Of a DNA stretch of 64,000 bases, positions 1 to 14,566 are shown in pieces. The notes under the pieces were generated by a model. That model did not search any database. It saw only the letters and a program-made list of their open reading frames with translations, and had not been told where the DNA came from. How positions within the stretch are numbered: the first letter of the stretch is position 1; every line of letters begins with the position of its first letter. The stretch lies in NCBI RefSeq assembly GCF_009914755.1, contig NC_060938.1, one strand, 5' to 3'. Position numbers and translations under genes: made by a program. Origin of the DNA: the human T2T-CHM13v2.0 reference genome, Homo sapiens.

Positions 1-924
1 TGGGGTTCCAGGTGACTGGGTGAGTTTACTGTTAATCACATCCACACAAATGGGTGGGAACAAAATCACAGCCCCTATTCTACATCATGTGGATGGGATG
101 GTGCCAGCATGTGGGCTGTGTTAGGGACACAGTGGCTTTTTCTAGGAAGTGAGGGAAGGTCTCAGCATTAGAGAGTGGAAGGAGACATTCTAGCTCCCTT
201 CTATCCCACCTCAGCCCATGCCAATGAAGCATTTCAAAGCAGGAGGGGGAAGAGGGAGAGTCTGGCAATACAGGGATGAGAGAGAGAGACAGAGAGACAT
301 AGAGTGAGAGCGAGAGCTCAGTAAGCTTACTTAACTTTTGTGAATCTCTACTTTTCATCTGCAAAATGGGCCCTGCCTCTCTAAGATGTCATGAGGTAAA
401 TTAGTGTCAGTTCTTTAGAAAACGTTCTAAGACAAATCTTAGCCTTCGACAAAGATGGGAACTTAGAAATCTTATAGAACCAAATCCCTTCCTTTCACAG
501 GCAAGGAACTGAGACTGGGGCAGCCAAGAGTCTTGCAGATCTTGCTTAGGGACACAGAGTTCTTAATAACAGATCTCCAAGTGGAACCCAGGTTTCCCAG
601 TTCCCAACCTAAAGCTTAAAACATTGGGAAGCTCGTTTTACCATTTTCTATGTTAAATTCAGGAGATGAAGGGACTTGCACTTTAATTTCTGGATCGTTG
701 ACTTTGTTGACCTTCACTGCTAGGGCAAAGATCTATGCTTAATGATAAGTGTTTTAACAGTGGGTGATTCTGAGTCTGACTTTTTATTTTGCTGAAAGGA
801 ATAGCCTTTACATTTTACTCAAATTTTAACTTTTGGCGTGGCTCATTTTTATTACCTTTGTAATTACAGTGAATTCAGCATGCTTCACTGTTGTGGAATT
901 TGTTGGTGTCTTGGAAAGATCACA

Positions 925-1170
925 GATAGGCTTTGACATACACAAACCTGGCTCAAATCCTACCTCTGCCACTTATTTGCGCTCTAACAACTCTGGACAA
1001 GTTCCTTAATTGTTTGGAGCCAGTTTTCTTTATAATAGATTCTACCTATTATGTTATGGAGTTATATTAATTATGAAGTTGTTTGATAGTATTAGAAATA
1101 ATGTTTAAAAGTGCTTAGAATTAGAAAAGCGTCTGGAATATAATCAGAGTTCAATAAATGGTAGCTATCC
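925..1170 (+). mobile_element. MIR SINE
   Basis: ACCTGGCTCAAATCCTACCTCTGCCACTTA...GGACAAGTTCCTTAA..GAGCCAGTTTTCTT...TCAATAAATGGTAGCTAT. Confidence 0.75.
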
Positions 1171-1689
1171 ACATCAATAAATACTCATTAAGCACCCAAC
1201 TGAACAAAATATGATGGTTGATTGGGAGCTCAGTCTCCCACAAATAAAATATTTGCCACATGTCTTCACTGATCTGCCATAGTGTCTACATTGGAGGTAG
1301 CAAAAGTAGTAATTTAATAGTCTATTATCCAACCCCATCCCAAAACTGAAGTTGAACCCCTGACTGCAGATAATTGTTGAAATACTCAAATAATATTTCC
1401 TGCAATGCCTTAGCTACCCTTCTTTCCCACATTCTTTTTTTAAAGCCTTTGTGAGTTTTATTTAAATGTCTGAGATGAGAATGAAGCATATATTTCTGTG
1501 TTTATTCAGTACATTTCCCACATACACGGTAGGTGCTGAATTCACACACGTGACCCTAGAATCTTTTTTGGGTTCATCAACTGGTGTAATATCAAAAGTG
1601 GCAATTCAACAGAATTTTAACCTATCAATGGGCCAAACACATATATGACACTTTTAGTCGAATAACAACCATTGTCTCTCCGTTCATCA

Positions 1690-2075
1690 CTTCTCCTATA
1701 TTTTGCTTTGTGATGCTGGGTATAAGGCTCTGAAATTTACATTTCTCCTTTACCAGCTGGCTCTGCATTAGGCTCTATGATACAGGTACTGGAGGAAGAC
1801 TGTAAGGCATGAGGAAAAAGGAGGGGCTTGTTCCTGTTGCATTTTTTATTCTTGCCAGTGTTGCCACAAAAATGGTCCTTTAATCTATGCACCTACAAAT
1901 GGTACCAGTAGCATTTAGTTACCATTTCCAGATTTTTCCCACACTCTGAGATATATTAGCACACATGGCAGGTACCTGTACTCAAGAGGTCTGATCTAAG
2001 CTCCTCAGGGTCCCTTTTCCAATCTCTTAGGGTATCAGCATAAGCTGGGCAACATTACCTTCTCAGTGGCACCTT
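1690..2075. mobile_element. Old ERVL-type LTR fragment (LTR33-like)
   Basis: TGCTTTGTGATGCTGGG...ACATTTCTCCTTTACCAGCTGGCTCTGCATTAGGCTCT...ACTGGAGGAAGACTG resembles the LTR33 core. Boundaries approximate. Confidence 0.5.
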
Positions 2076-2175
2076 TCCCCGCTAATATATGTACTACTAA
2101 TACATAGCTTTAGTTTTACATAGTACATACTATGTACTATCACCCATATAAATTGTAGAATACGCTAATATAAGC

Positions 2176-2363
2176 AGGGCCTGTCTTCGGGTTGGGGGGT
2201 AAGGGAGGGTTAGCATTAGGAGAAATACCTAATGTAGATGACAGGTTGATGGGTGCAGCAAACCACCGTGGCACATGTATACCTATGTAACAAACCTGCA
2301 TGTTATGCACATGTATCCCAGAACTTAAAGTATAATAATAATAATAATAATAATTTCAAAAAA
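2176..2363 (+). mobile_element. L1PA 3'-end fragment (about L1PA7-8) with (AAT)n tail
   Basis: GCATTAGGAGAAATACCTAATGTAGATGAC...GTAACAAACCTGCATG...CCCAGAACTTAAAGTATAATAAT. Confidence 0.9.
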
Positions 2364-2412
2364 GACACTGGCAGACTAAAAAGGCACAAGAGGAACACTG
2401 GAGCACCACAGG

Positions 2413-2768
2413 TGTGAAGATCTGAATGTTTCTCCCCACCACTCCCCCTCCCTGCCAAAATTCATGTTGAAATCCTAACCCCTGAGTTGAGAGTATTTGG
2501 AGATGAAGACTTTGCAAGGTGATTAGGTATTGAGGGCAAAGCCCTCATGAATGATGTTAGTGCCCTTATAAAAGAGACCTTGGAGAGATCCCTTGAGCCT
2601 TCTGCCATGTGAGGACACAGTGAGAAGACAGGCATCTGTGAAGACGTGGTCCCTCACCAGACACTGAATCTGCCAGTGCCGTGTCAGCCTTCATAGCTGT
2701 GAGAAATAAATATCTGTTGTTCATAAGCCGTTCACTCTATGCTATTTTGTTATAGTAGCCCAAATAAA
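2413..2768 (+). mobile_element. MaLR LTR (MLT1A-like)
   Basis: AAAATTCATGTTGAAATCCTAACCCC...GCCCTTATAAAAGAGACC...GCCATGTGAGGACACAGTGAGAAG...GAGAAATAAA...TATTTTGTTATAGTAGCCC. Confidence 0.8.
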
Positions 2769-5700
2769 TCCCACATTCTTTCAGATTGTCGTGGTTGCTT
2801 GCTTGCTTGCCTTGTGGCCGGCTCTCACACCAGCCTGGGGACTGCTCTCCCATCAGGAAGTTTTCCTTCCATGGAGGTCTCTTGTTTGTCCTGATGTAGG
2901 TAGGCTGGCAGTAAATTCTAGGAGATAGGGTAAATCTACAGAAGCAGCTGCTTTTACAAAGAAAAAGGGCAAAGGTGGTCTGCTTGCCTGCTTTTTATTT
3001 TTTAAAGAAAGGACAATTCGCTTTTATTATTTTGCACAAAGTAGGTAGTTTGGGCTTCATTCACATTGTAAGTGGTAAAGGAGCTATTCATGTGGGACAA
3101 CTGGGAAATGACTTTTTGTGACCACGATAGGAAGAGACATGCTAATGTGATATTGAGCAGGGTCTGGATTTCCGTTTTGGCCTGTGGTTGGTCTCCCTGT
3201 CCAGGGGGACACACAAATGCAGCTCTAGAATACTGCTGAACAGTAGCATTAATATTCAGTGGCAAACCTTGATCTGTTGATCTTAGAATACTGGTGTGAA
3301 GAGGGATATAGAATAAATAATTAGAATGTAATCTAATATTAGCAGCTATGGCCTGACTTCCTGTGAGCTGGATTTAGGGATGCTTCGATTCTTAATACCA
3401 TCAACAAGCAATTGAAATATACACATACATCAGAAGCCGGGTCACAGCTGGTATGCCATTGGGGTATTTTCAGGAGAGGAAATAAAGGATTTAGATGGGG
3501 CAGAAATAAATAAGCCACATTTCCCCTTGTCTGTGTTGTGCCAGACTGGGAGACTGTATATTTGTGAAAGAATCCACTTCACTGTATATTTCTTAGTGTC
3601 TTAACATGCACAGAGGAAATACTGCCCATCCTTTTAACAAGTTTTATATCATTGCCTTCACAACTTAGGATGAAATGCCCTTCGACCCTCTAAGGCTGAA
3701 TAAATGCCCCACTAACTCCAGGAGGTTAATGTATCAAGATAGATTCTCATCTGCTAATCTCAAGGCCAACAGACCCAATTTGGAGTTATTTTACCCATCC
3801 TCAAAAGCTTGATTTTAACAGACTGTTGAGAAAGAGGTGTTTAAATTTCAGCAGCAATTCCATTTATACCCTACATGACATTTAGGGCTTAAGGGAATAG
3901 AAGGAATTGCTTATGGGAGACATCAAGCAAAAAAAAAAAAAAAAGATCCTGAGTTTTCTCCACACTCAGAACAGTGTGAGGGGAGTGAATCTCAGGGTTT
4001 TGTTTCATTTGCACAACATCAGGCAGTCAGCACATGTGTGAAATAGAGAACGCAGGCTGGGTTGTGACTAGCACCCAGGGTGACTGATTTATGTTTAAAT
4101 GGAGCAATAAAAACTGTGGTAATCATAAGGCAAGTCAGTAAGGATCCCCCCAAAAAGTTAGTTCTCAGACATCCTGTCTCAGAAGAAACGATCTGTCCTG
4201 CAGTGGTTTTCTGTTCAGGCGACTGTATCGATTGTACTGGTCTGCTGTATTTTAGTAAAACTTGTTGATCCATTACTCAAGCAGGTTGCTGCTAGCCTGG
4301 ATTCATTTGTTCTTTTCCAGCCACATTCCACTGTTGCTTGCTTAGGGAGCTTTTGGAGAGCACACTCGGTGGGTGGTGAATCCTCAAAACTGCAAGAAGC
4401 CATCAATCTCTTACTTTCAGAAGGCTGGAGATACCCTCAAATTATTTTCTCTTCAACCATCAGATTTTTGGGAAGATAAGCCTGAGGACAGCTCTTCCTT
4501 ATGTCATCCTGAGCTGATTTTAGCACCCTTGAGGCGTTGTGTGCGGGGGAAGTATGACAAAACAAACCTGAGTGGAGCTCACTGGGGTCTTGTTTCCCAG
4601 ATGCTGCTTTGGGATATGCCATCCAAACACATGATTTGTGCACTGACAGAACAAATAAAAATGGCCCCTGGTGTAAAGTCTATTGTCTCTGTCAAGAGAA
4701 CCCAAACGCCTCCCTGCCCTTTTCTCCTTTGAGTAGGGCTATTGGTTTTGGCTAAGCAAAGATGAGGTTCCTTTATGGCAGGCGAGCTGAGTGTCCCATG
4801 GGGAGAAAAGGGGTTTTGCTGGGTAAGGCAAGAGTATAAGGAACCGTGGATATGTGGAAAGAATGCTAAGATGGAGAGGACAGAGCTGGTGGGCAGGCCT
4901 GCCCTCCTTATCCCATCCCCAAAGCGGGTGAAGGGATGGCCACACAGCAGAGCCTGGCTTATCCAAAGGCACCCAACGCTGTGTTAAGACTCTCAACCTG
5001 GCTCAACTGTGCCATTGCCTCACCTTCATGGCTGGGACATTGCTGCCTCGATGAGGCCTCACCAATGGGCTTAGGCAAGGCCCAGGCATTGTTAAGATAG
5101 CTCACCCGGAAGTGCTAAATCTGGCCAGTTCCTGAGGGTGCTTTTTTGTTCTAGTAAAGCCCCACGTTTGGGAATCACCATTTTGTTGGAAATCTCTCTC
5201 TCTTCTTTTTGCAGTTATGTCATGTGATAGTCATCTTGTATAGTTAGGGACCATCTAGCATTCACCTCATCACCTCGAAGAGGGGCAATGGGTCATGGCC
5301 AGAGGTGCAGACTCCTGTGGGTTTTTATAACAACATATCAATCCAATATAGGACTTGACCTTGGGGGCCACTGTGCCTGTGAATGGAGCCCTTGGAAGAG
5401 AATCAGAAAGATTGATAAGAACTTCTCCTGTCTCAAGGCTGGCTGGGAGAGAACACAGTCTGATTTGCTCCATTTGGCTCTAAGTGAAGCTTCCTCCAAG
5501 AAGTGGCTTGAAATATGTTTTATGCATGATAAATGACAAGGGCTTATATAGTTCCCGCAGAGGTTATTGTGTCATCTGAGTTTGCAGATGAAATTCCAGG
5601 AGGTAGTTGTCACTGCATTATCATGGCTTTTGTCCAAGAACTCCACAGCCCCAGCAGCTCTCTATGTTCATAGCACCTTGATGAGAAGGTAGCACATAGG

Positions 5701-6239
5701 AATGGCCTTATTCTGCAGAAAAAAAAAAAAAAAAAGACAGAGACAGGAGTTCTTAGGACTAGGTAGCCTGGATTTGTGCCTATTTCTTGTTAATTGCAGA
5801 CTTTTGGAAAGCTCACTTTCTTGACGAGGCCTTTTTGCTCCAAAATAGTATTACTCCTGGTCACATGGATTGCTAATGATGCTCATGTTGTTCACATGGG
5901 GATTGAGACATCTGAGGTTTCTGAACAGAAAGGGGGCTCCTAAATGGCAGAGACTAATTATATTAGTATTTCCCCCTCATTATAGAAGGGGAATTTCTAT
6001 AGAGTGCAAGAATTTCTATTTGGGGCACTAAAATGGTACAAGAAATAGAGTCGGTTCAGTTGGTCATTACTCACACAGCAGTCAACAGACTAAACAGTCC
6101 TAAATCAGGCAACTGTTTTAGTAACGATAATTTTTGTTTTCCTTGAGTAATTTGAAAATGCTTAATAAAATGGAACTATTTCTTTCTAACCAATTCCCTC
6201 CATTCATCTGGAAGGGTGTTTGTGAGTTTACATCTCTGG

Positions 6240-6357
6240 GATGGGGATGAGCAGTGGGGAGGCCATGGGGAGCAGTGCTGTATGACCTGAAGGTGGGCGA
6301 TGGGGATGAGCAGTGGGGAGGTCGTGGGGAGCAGTGCTGGGTGACCTGCAGGCGGGC
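6240..6357. repeat. Tandem duplication, 2 x 59 bp, G-rich
   Basis: Copies at 6240-6298 and 6299-6357 differ at 6 of 59 positions. Confidence 0.9.
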
Positions 6358-6984
6358 AAGTCTTCTTCAGAGGAGGAACGTCACACCCACCGCCTGACTC
6401 CCTTCTGGGTTAGCTCACTCCACTCTTCTGTTAGGCTTTGCCAACCAGGCCGACCACAAGGATACATCCCTAGATCTTGGGTGGCCACCGTGGTTCAGAA
6501 CATAGATACAGAACTAATTTTATTTGCTACAACAAGCAAGAAGGCTGAGGTTTATTGAGCAATAGCTGGGTTTTGTCAAACTTGCTTAAGGATTGCCTAA
6601 GACCAGCAAAATAAACATGATAAAGTTGAAGAATGACCAGTTTTCCACTCTGCTGTGTTTGGAGGCTGACGAAACTGTCATTGACAAAATTGCCCTGATG
6701 GGACTGTTTTTTGTTGTTGTTGTTGTTGGTTGGTTTTTTTTTTATCTGTGAAATATTTTCCTGAATGGTAACTCGATTTTATTGTGAGTAATGAGTTCTG
6801 AGTATACCAGGGACAGAAACAGTGAGAAAGCCTCCTACAGAGGTTTTTAGCCCTCTCTCCTTCTGCTACAAAGATGTTATTGTTACATTTATACCCAACA
6901 CAAAGACTCAGGGAATATTTGTGGAGTAATTGCCTGTTTATTTGTTTTATATATTATTATCATTTGTCTATGTATGACCCTTTT

Positions 6985-7804
<820 letters not shown>

Positions 7805-7814
7805 TCAACTTCTT

Positions 7815-7930
7815 TTTTAACTTATGAATTGTTTATTTCCGGAATTTTCCATTTAATATTTTTGAACCACAGCTGACTGAGGGTAAGTAAAACCATGAAA
7901 AGTGAAAGCATGGATAAGGTGGAACTACTG
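7815..7930 (-). mobile_element. MER44 (Tigger7-derived DNA transposon) terminal fragment
   Basis: Reverse complement of CAGTAGT.CCACCTTATCC..GCTTTC...AAAATATTAAATGGAAAATTCC.GAAATAAACAATTCATAAG. Confidence 0.75.
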
Positions 7931-8045
7931 TGCATGTGTATGTGTGTGTGTGTATGTGTGTATAGATATATCTATATACATATATGTATATACTATATAA
8001 ATGTATATATCTATGTATACTCATACGTGTTTATAGATATACATT
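7931..8045. repeat. Degenerate (TG)n/(TA)n simple repeat
   Basis: TGTGTATGTGTGTGTGTGTATG...TATATACATATATGTATATAC seen directly. Confidence 0.8.
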
Positions 8046-9740
8046 CTGTGTAAACTAGACTATGCGTTCTTTAACACTTAGAAATGAAGCACGATCAACT
8101 TTAAAACATAATGCCAACTGGCTTCCAGGAGTTGCATTTTTGATTTAAGAACAAGTCTTGTTTAATTCTTTAACAGCATGCACCAGATCTGTCATTTCTG
8201 GAATCTTGTGCGAATTGTGTATCAACTTGAGGGTGAGTGCTCGTGGGTTGTTGTGGTGGGCAAATGAGGCTATGTGGAGAACTTAGCAATGTTTTCAAAG
8301 AGACCTTGCCACACAGATGCTTTCAGAATTTAAATGACTCAGAAAGTTGTTTACTTTTGGCCCAAAGCCAATGTCTTCTGGAGGTAGTGAGTGCTGCTTT
8401 GGATGGGTTGGGATCAGCAGAGCATCTACCACAGAAATTCTAACAAAATGAGGGTTGGACCTGTGATAAGGGCAGCGTCAGCAGCAAGGGCCTCTAGAGG
8501 CTTGGTCACCACAACTATAAATCTTTCATGTAGTCGAACTTCCTGCTTTCACTTCACAGGGCCACTCACGGACTTGTCATCTGCTCTCACCAGGACTTCA
8601 GAGGATCTCAATGCTGCTGTTCTCACAGCCTGACAGGGACAAAATAACAGGAAACTTGCAAATTTGTCTTTATTCTTGCTTATGGTATGGCTAGAAAATG
8701 TTTGAATTAATATGAGAAATATAAAGATCTATCATAACCTCCTTTTTTGTAGGTGGGGCTACTTTTCCTTCCTTAATAGTTACCCTTCTGCTGAGGCCCC
8801 CTATGGGAAACACCAATCTTTAAGGGACTTAATCCCTTTTTCCAAACTTCCCTGGGCCAGTGCCCAAATGGTCTATACATTGTCTGTTAAATCAAAGAAA
8901 CCAGCTTTCTTGTTTTTCTCTATGGTTTCTTCCCATACAATTGACATCTTACAGTGCAACATGGAAATTTGAAATAAAGGCACACCATTGCACATCTAAG
9001 TTGAGATCTAGAGACGGTGGTTTGGAGTGAAGTTCTAATTAATAGGAGAAATGGGATTGCTAACTTTGGCTTTTCCCAGGGATCCTTAAGGTCTGGGACA
9101 GATCCCCCATTGGTCTAGAGGAGTTAGGGTTAATTGTAGTCCTGCTTGGAGACAAAGGTACTAAAATGTGACTACTGGCTTTTTCAGCTATAAAATTGAA
9201 GAGTCGCTGCATGGTCTGTTCCAGGCATCTCCCTGAGCCAGCCCAAGGAACTGCCTGCCTTTAGGTCTCTTCCTTATCCCTTCTCTCTCTCACGCCTTCT
9301 TTTGTTCCCTGCCCTTCTTCCTGGCCTCTCTCTCTTACTTTCATTTCTTCTGGCAATTAGTGGACAAGCCAGAAGAAAACAATTAAGATGGTCATCAATT
9401 TGGGCAGTATTCTGTTCACACTTATTTGAGACTTGTTCTGTAGTATATGTGAACATACTCAGGACATAAATGAAATAGAATAGTGAGCCAGAAAATTGTG
9501 ATAAATAAAGGTGCTTCTACCCATATTTTGTTTACATTCTGGGTGGTGCATGAGATTAAAAGCTGTGAGACTTTGCAAATAGAATGAGGTAGATGACTAG
9601 TTTTTGCTGTGCATAAGGTCAACAATATCACCCAACAAATAGCCAGCTCCTTGCCACACTCCCTTCCTTCATTCTAGTCATCTATCTTACAAGCATAATT
9701 GAATTAGATCCTCATAAAAGTCTTACAAGGCACATACTAC

Positions 9741-11314
9741 TGATGGTAGTGGAGGCCTGTCTGGAGCGGCTGCTGCCATGATGCTGGCTTCAGGGGGTGA
9801 GGCATGGCCAGGGCTGCGCACTCCAAAGAGCCAGCAGGAGCCGGGAAAAGGCAGAAGCCCTGGCAGGGCAGGAACCTTGTGCTCCCTGGGAGCAGCTGCG
9901 GCCATCCAGCTGTGGCTGTGGACCTGGGCATCCCTGTGCTCTTGGGGGCTGGGATTGGGCAGGAGCCCTGCCCTTCTGGAGTGTAGCTGCAGCTGCCCAA
10001 GCCATGGCTACGGACCTGGGCGTCCCCTCTTGGGGGCCTGGGAAAGGCCCCCTCCCACCTGCAGGCTTGGAAGTGCCTGCTCCCACTACCTGGCCTCTCC
10101 CTGCTCCCTGCACCTACTCTGATCTTGGAGCAAAGTTGAGGTCGAGCCCAGGAGCTGTTGCAACCTGGCTGGGTGTGTGCACAATTGGGGCAGCACTGAC
10201 GCTCCAGCCCCCTGCTGCCTTGGCTGCCTCTGGACTTTGGGCACTGGTAAGCATGGGAGGGAGCCTGAGTGGGGGCTAAGGGCGGCTCTGCATGGGCCTT
10301 TAGGTGTCCCTCAGCATGAATAGCCTGGGTGACAGCAGGAGGCAGACAGGCTCCTGGGTGGAAAGGAGTGGGTCCCTAGTGAAGCTCTACCTTCGAGCTG
10401 GGGAAGGCCTGAAGCCTGACGGCCAGGCTGCCGGCCCCACAGACCAGAGTGGGAACTTACGGTACTTTTTCCAGGCCCACCCATGGCCACCCACGGACCA
10501 ATCAGTAGGCACTTCTTCCTCTCTGAAGTCCATAAAAACCCCAGACTCAGACAGACTCAAGGAGATGACAGGACAACCTGCCTGCAGAGAGGAGCTCCCC
10601 ACTCCAGGGTCTCCTCTCTGTTGAGAACTGAACACTCATCGGGACGCCCTGCCTGTGGAGAGGAGCTACCCAATGCAGGTCTCCTCTGAGCTGTTCTGTC
10701 ACTCAATAAAGCTCCTCTTTGCCTTGCTAACTGTCCACTTTTCCCTGTACCTCATTCTTCCTGGATGCAGGACAATAACTCAGGACTCACTGAATGGTGG
10801 GGCTGAAAGAGCTGTAACACAAACAAGGCTGAAACACACCCCTTGCTCACCACACTGTGGGTGACAAGGAGAGAAGAGAGAAGGAGAGAAGAGTTGCGGC
10901 CCTTCAGGGAGCCCAGACCTAGGATCTCCCCCAGCCAGGGCTGTGACAACCTCTTTGGGGCTCTGCGGTTCCTGGTGTCTTCAAGCTTCTGAGCACCACT
11001 GGATTCCCCAGTGCCAGCTATGGAAGCTGCTTATGGTACACCTGGGCTGGCACCTGGAGCTGTCTGCCCCACCCACCACCAGCATGCCTGGCTGTGCACA
11101 GTGGCCGGACCCCATGCTTGCTCACTCATATACCCCTTACCGCTCCACTCGCTCTTGGCAGGTATGAGATCCAGGCCAGTAGAGCGAGCTGAGTGCAGCC
11201 TGCCAGGCTAAGTGGGCAGTACAAGCCCAGCAGGCCTGAGGAAAACTTGGGCAAAGGTGCCATTGGCCCTGTGGCTTTCAGCTGGACAAGCAACACCTCA
11301 AGAATCCCGTGACA
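9741..11314 (+). mobile_element. ERV1 solo LTR, MER52 family (MER52A-like), about 1.57 kb
   Basis: TG...CA termini (TGATGGTAGTGGAGGCCTGTCTGGAGCGGCTGCTGCCATG ... GAATCCCGTGACA). GC-rich but CpG-decayed. CATAAAAA at 10531, AATAAA at 10705-10710, internal CCTGCCTG..GAGAGGAGCT repeats. Imperfect 4-bp TSD CTAC/TTAC. Splits a MIR. Confidence 0.85.
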
Positions 11315-12794
11315 TTACTATAGTGGCCATTTGACAGATGAGGAAACCATGGCTCAGAAAAGTTAAGTACCTTGCCCGAAGTTACCTATTTGGATAGAGA
11401 AGGAGGTATATTAACCTCAACTGAAAGCCTAGCTTGGCTAAGGTCCCTCTGAATGGCTTGCTGTTATTAGAATTAGCGGGAACGGGGGCCTAGTACTAGC
11501 TGATGGAGAAGAGGCTCATACTAAACTGAGGATCCTTTGAGCTACAAAAAGCTGGGCACGTGAGCTATAGTCATTGCCATTGGCAGCTGGAGTCCATCCC
11601 GATCCCAAGGCTGGGACTCAAGCCACAAATGACCTGCTTCAAAGTATTTCTTAATTCAAATTAGGAATACTTTCATTCAGTCCATAAACAAGTCCATTAA
11701 ATTATGAGTGTGGCTGTTCCATCTAAACAATCAGAAGTAATGCCTCTCACACTAAAGCACCTACTGCATTTTGAGGAATGAAAAATTTGCCTCTTAGCTA
11801 AATATATGACAGAATGTGATGTTTTAATGAAAACCTTGGTACAATTATTGTGAATCCAGTCCTTATCCTGAGCTCAGAATATGGCCCAAACTCTTTTCGG
11901 TTCTATTCATACTTTCAGCTAAGTGTCAGGATTCAGGGCATGCCCATAGCAAAGGCTGGGCTCAGTCACAGCAACAATAGAAAACGCAGTTCCAAGCAAA
12001 AGGCAGGAGCAGGCGTGTTGCTGGCAGACAGCCGACTTGGCAGGCAGTGGCGGGGCACCTTCCGGGAACTTTGCTCAACAGTCCAAGTGACCCCGAGAGT
12101 CCTATGAGAGAAGCTCAGAAAATCAGAAGCAGAGGGTCACATTTGATCAGTCCACAGTGTCTTCTGAGGAAAGGCCATCACATGTTTTACGGGGTGGCTG
12201 GCACCCATGTTACCAGTTCCTGTTTTTCTGTTAAATGTTACTGTTTAACAGAATAACCTTCCTGGTGCTGACTTGACCGACAAAAATAAATTTAAGGAGA
12301 TATTAAACTGTTGAGAGTCAAGTGTAGAAGAGGAAGGGGAAATTCTTACAACCAATTGCAACTATGTATCCGAAAGCAAGGGGGCCAGAAGCTTTGTATT
12401 TTAATTGCAAATTTAAAAATTCCCAATCTTGTGATTTTCTTCCAAAGCAGTTGTTACTCAGCTCCTAACACTTCTCGTATTCTACACGTCTTTAATCACT
12501 CTTTTCACTTTTGCCTCAGGGAAGCAATATCCAATTTACGAACATGTTTTTTTCTAAAAGATTATTTGTAAACTGGTTATTGGGAACTAAAAATACATTT
12601 TTCCATAGAAGTTATAACGTTGTAAATAGCAGTTAAAATCTCAACAGACTCTTCATACAGTAAAACTCATTAATAATAATATACAGCTATTACTATAAGG
12701 AAGTGAGTTCCTCATTCTAATTCTAAATTGAGCCTCTACCTAATCAATTAACTCCTGTGGGCTCATCATTGTTCTAATCAAAAATAAGAGAACA

Positions 12795-13085
12795 GGCCAG
12801 GCATGATGGCTGATGCCTATAGTCTCAGTGCTTTGGGAGGCTGAGATGAGAGGATTGCTTGAAGCCAGAAGTTCGAGACCAGCCTGAACAATACCGTGAG
12901 ACCCTATCTCTACAAACAATAAAAATTATCTGGGTGTGGTGGCATATATTTGTAGTACTAGATACTTGAGAGACTGAAGAAGGAGGACCCCTTGAGCCCA
13001 GGAGTTTAAGGCTGCAGTGAGCTATGGTTGTGTCACTGCACTCCAAACAGAGGAAGGTCCTGTCTCTAATAACAATAATAAAAAT
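12795..13085 (+). mobile_element. AluJ
   Basis: GGCCAGGCATGATGGCTG...CTTGAGCCCAGGAGTTTAAGGCTGCAGTGAGCTATG (J-type right arm). Small deletion before the tail. Confidence 0.9.
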
Positions 13086-13890
13086 AGAACTATTCAAATC
13101 AAGAAATATCAAGTGTTTGTGTGGAATGCAACTTAAGCTCAATATTATAATGTCACACAGAATGGCATGAAGGCAATTAGGCCAGGGTCCGGGGGCGAGG
13201 GTGACTTCAGCTAGGCTTTGAAGAATGATTCAGATTTGAATTGGTGGAGGAAAAAGGGAAGATCATTTCAGGCAAAATGAGTAAAAATATGGAAATAGGA
13301 AGAATCCTGGATGGAAAATGAGATGTGGTAATGGGGATATGCTGGAGAAACTAAAGCTTTGTATGGAGAGTAGAACAGCCTTGGGACAGCTGAGCATTTG
13401 GACTGCCTCAAATGAGGAATTTGGAATTTAAAGAAAGAAGGTGTTTAATAAATATTTGTTGAATGAATGAAAGGATGTCTTATTTATATTATACTTTGGT
13501 TCCTAGCCTTCTCTCCCCCTGATTTATTTTATCTCACTGTCTTCTCCTATTTCTTTCTTCTCAGGCCTCTTGAACCTTCTAGTTGTTTTTTTCCCAGCAT
13601 ATATAAAACTTTCTCCATCTTCCTACACAAGTGAGCAGGAGCATTTCCATGATTCTTAATTAAATCCAGTAGTTTTTGGAAATCCTGCTAAGGAGGCGTT
13701 ACATCTCCATTTGCTGGCTCTTCATTCCTATTACAGGCCTCCTCCTCTCCCCACTGTGAGCCTGGGAGGGAGTGCACATGGGCGTCTTCAAGGTTTCTAA
13801 GTAGGCTGCTCAGCAGTGGGCTCCTCTGGCAGATCCCCAGCAACCCAGAGCCCTGAAGTTTTGCCCATATGCATGACAGATTTTATTTGA

Positions 13891-14191
<301 letters not shown>

Positions 14192-14400
14192 TTATATCTA
14201 TATTTTAATCAAAACAGTCTCCATGAACTTTATAACTGGATCTGAATTCCCACCCTTAGAGAGTCATTTGTTTCCTTTAGGCCAGAGTCCAGTTAAAAGT
14301 AGAAACTTATGTGGGTAAAGCCTTATTGTTCATTCAATGATGAATGTGAATGAGTTTGAAGTCCTTTGAGTCATTAGGGCTTTGAGAAACATTCTCTAAG

Positions 14401-14566
14401 GAGTTGCTCTCAACCTGGGGAGCTGTATAAAACATGCAGACTATTGGGCCCCACTCTTGGGAATTCTTATTTGCTAGGTCTGAGGTATGGCCTGGGGATT
14501 TGCCATCCATGGCAGATAGAAACTCCTTGCATGATTCTGATACTAGTTAAAGCTGTAAAGCCGCTG
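14401..14566. mobile_element. MER5-family hAT/Charlie MITE
   Basis: TCTCAACCTGG...GGGCCCCAC...AATTCTTATTTGCTAGGTCTGAGGTATGGCCTGGGGATTTGC...TGATTCTGAT. Confidence 0.65.

Noticed and set aside
2120-2140. Palindrome ATAGTACATA-C-TATGTACTAT
   Set aside because: Short, AT-rich and in low-complexity context. No reason to assign function.
8161-8238. Possible 56-nt exon (AG at 8176, GTGAGT at 8233)
   Set aside because: Weak pyrimidine tract, not frame-preserving, and adjacent to a repeat remnant.
9723-11211. Dense cluster of overlapping ORFs up to 160 aa in a GC-rich block
   Set aside because: Coincides exactly with the MER52 LTR. GC-rich, stop-poor sequence yields ORFs in all frames, with no recognisable domain. 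It is CpG-depleted, so not a CpG-island promoter.
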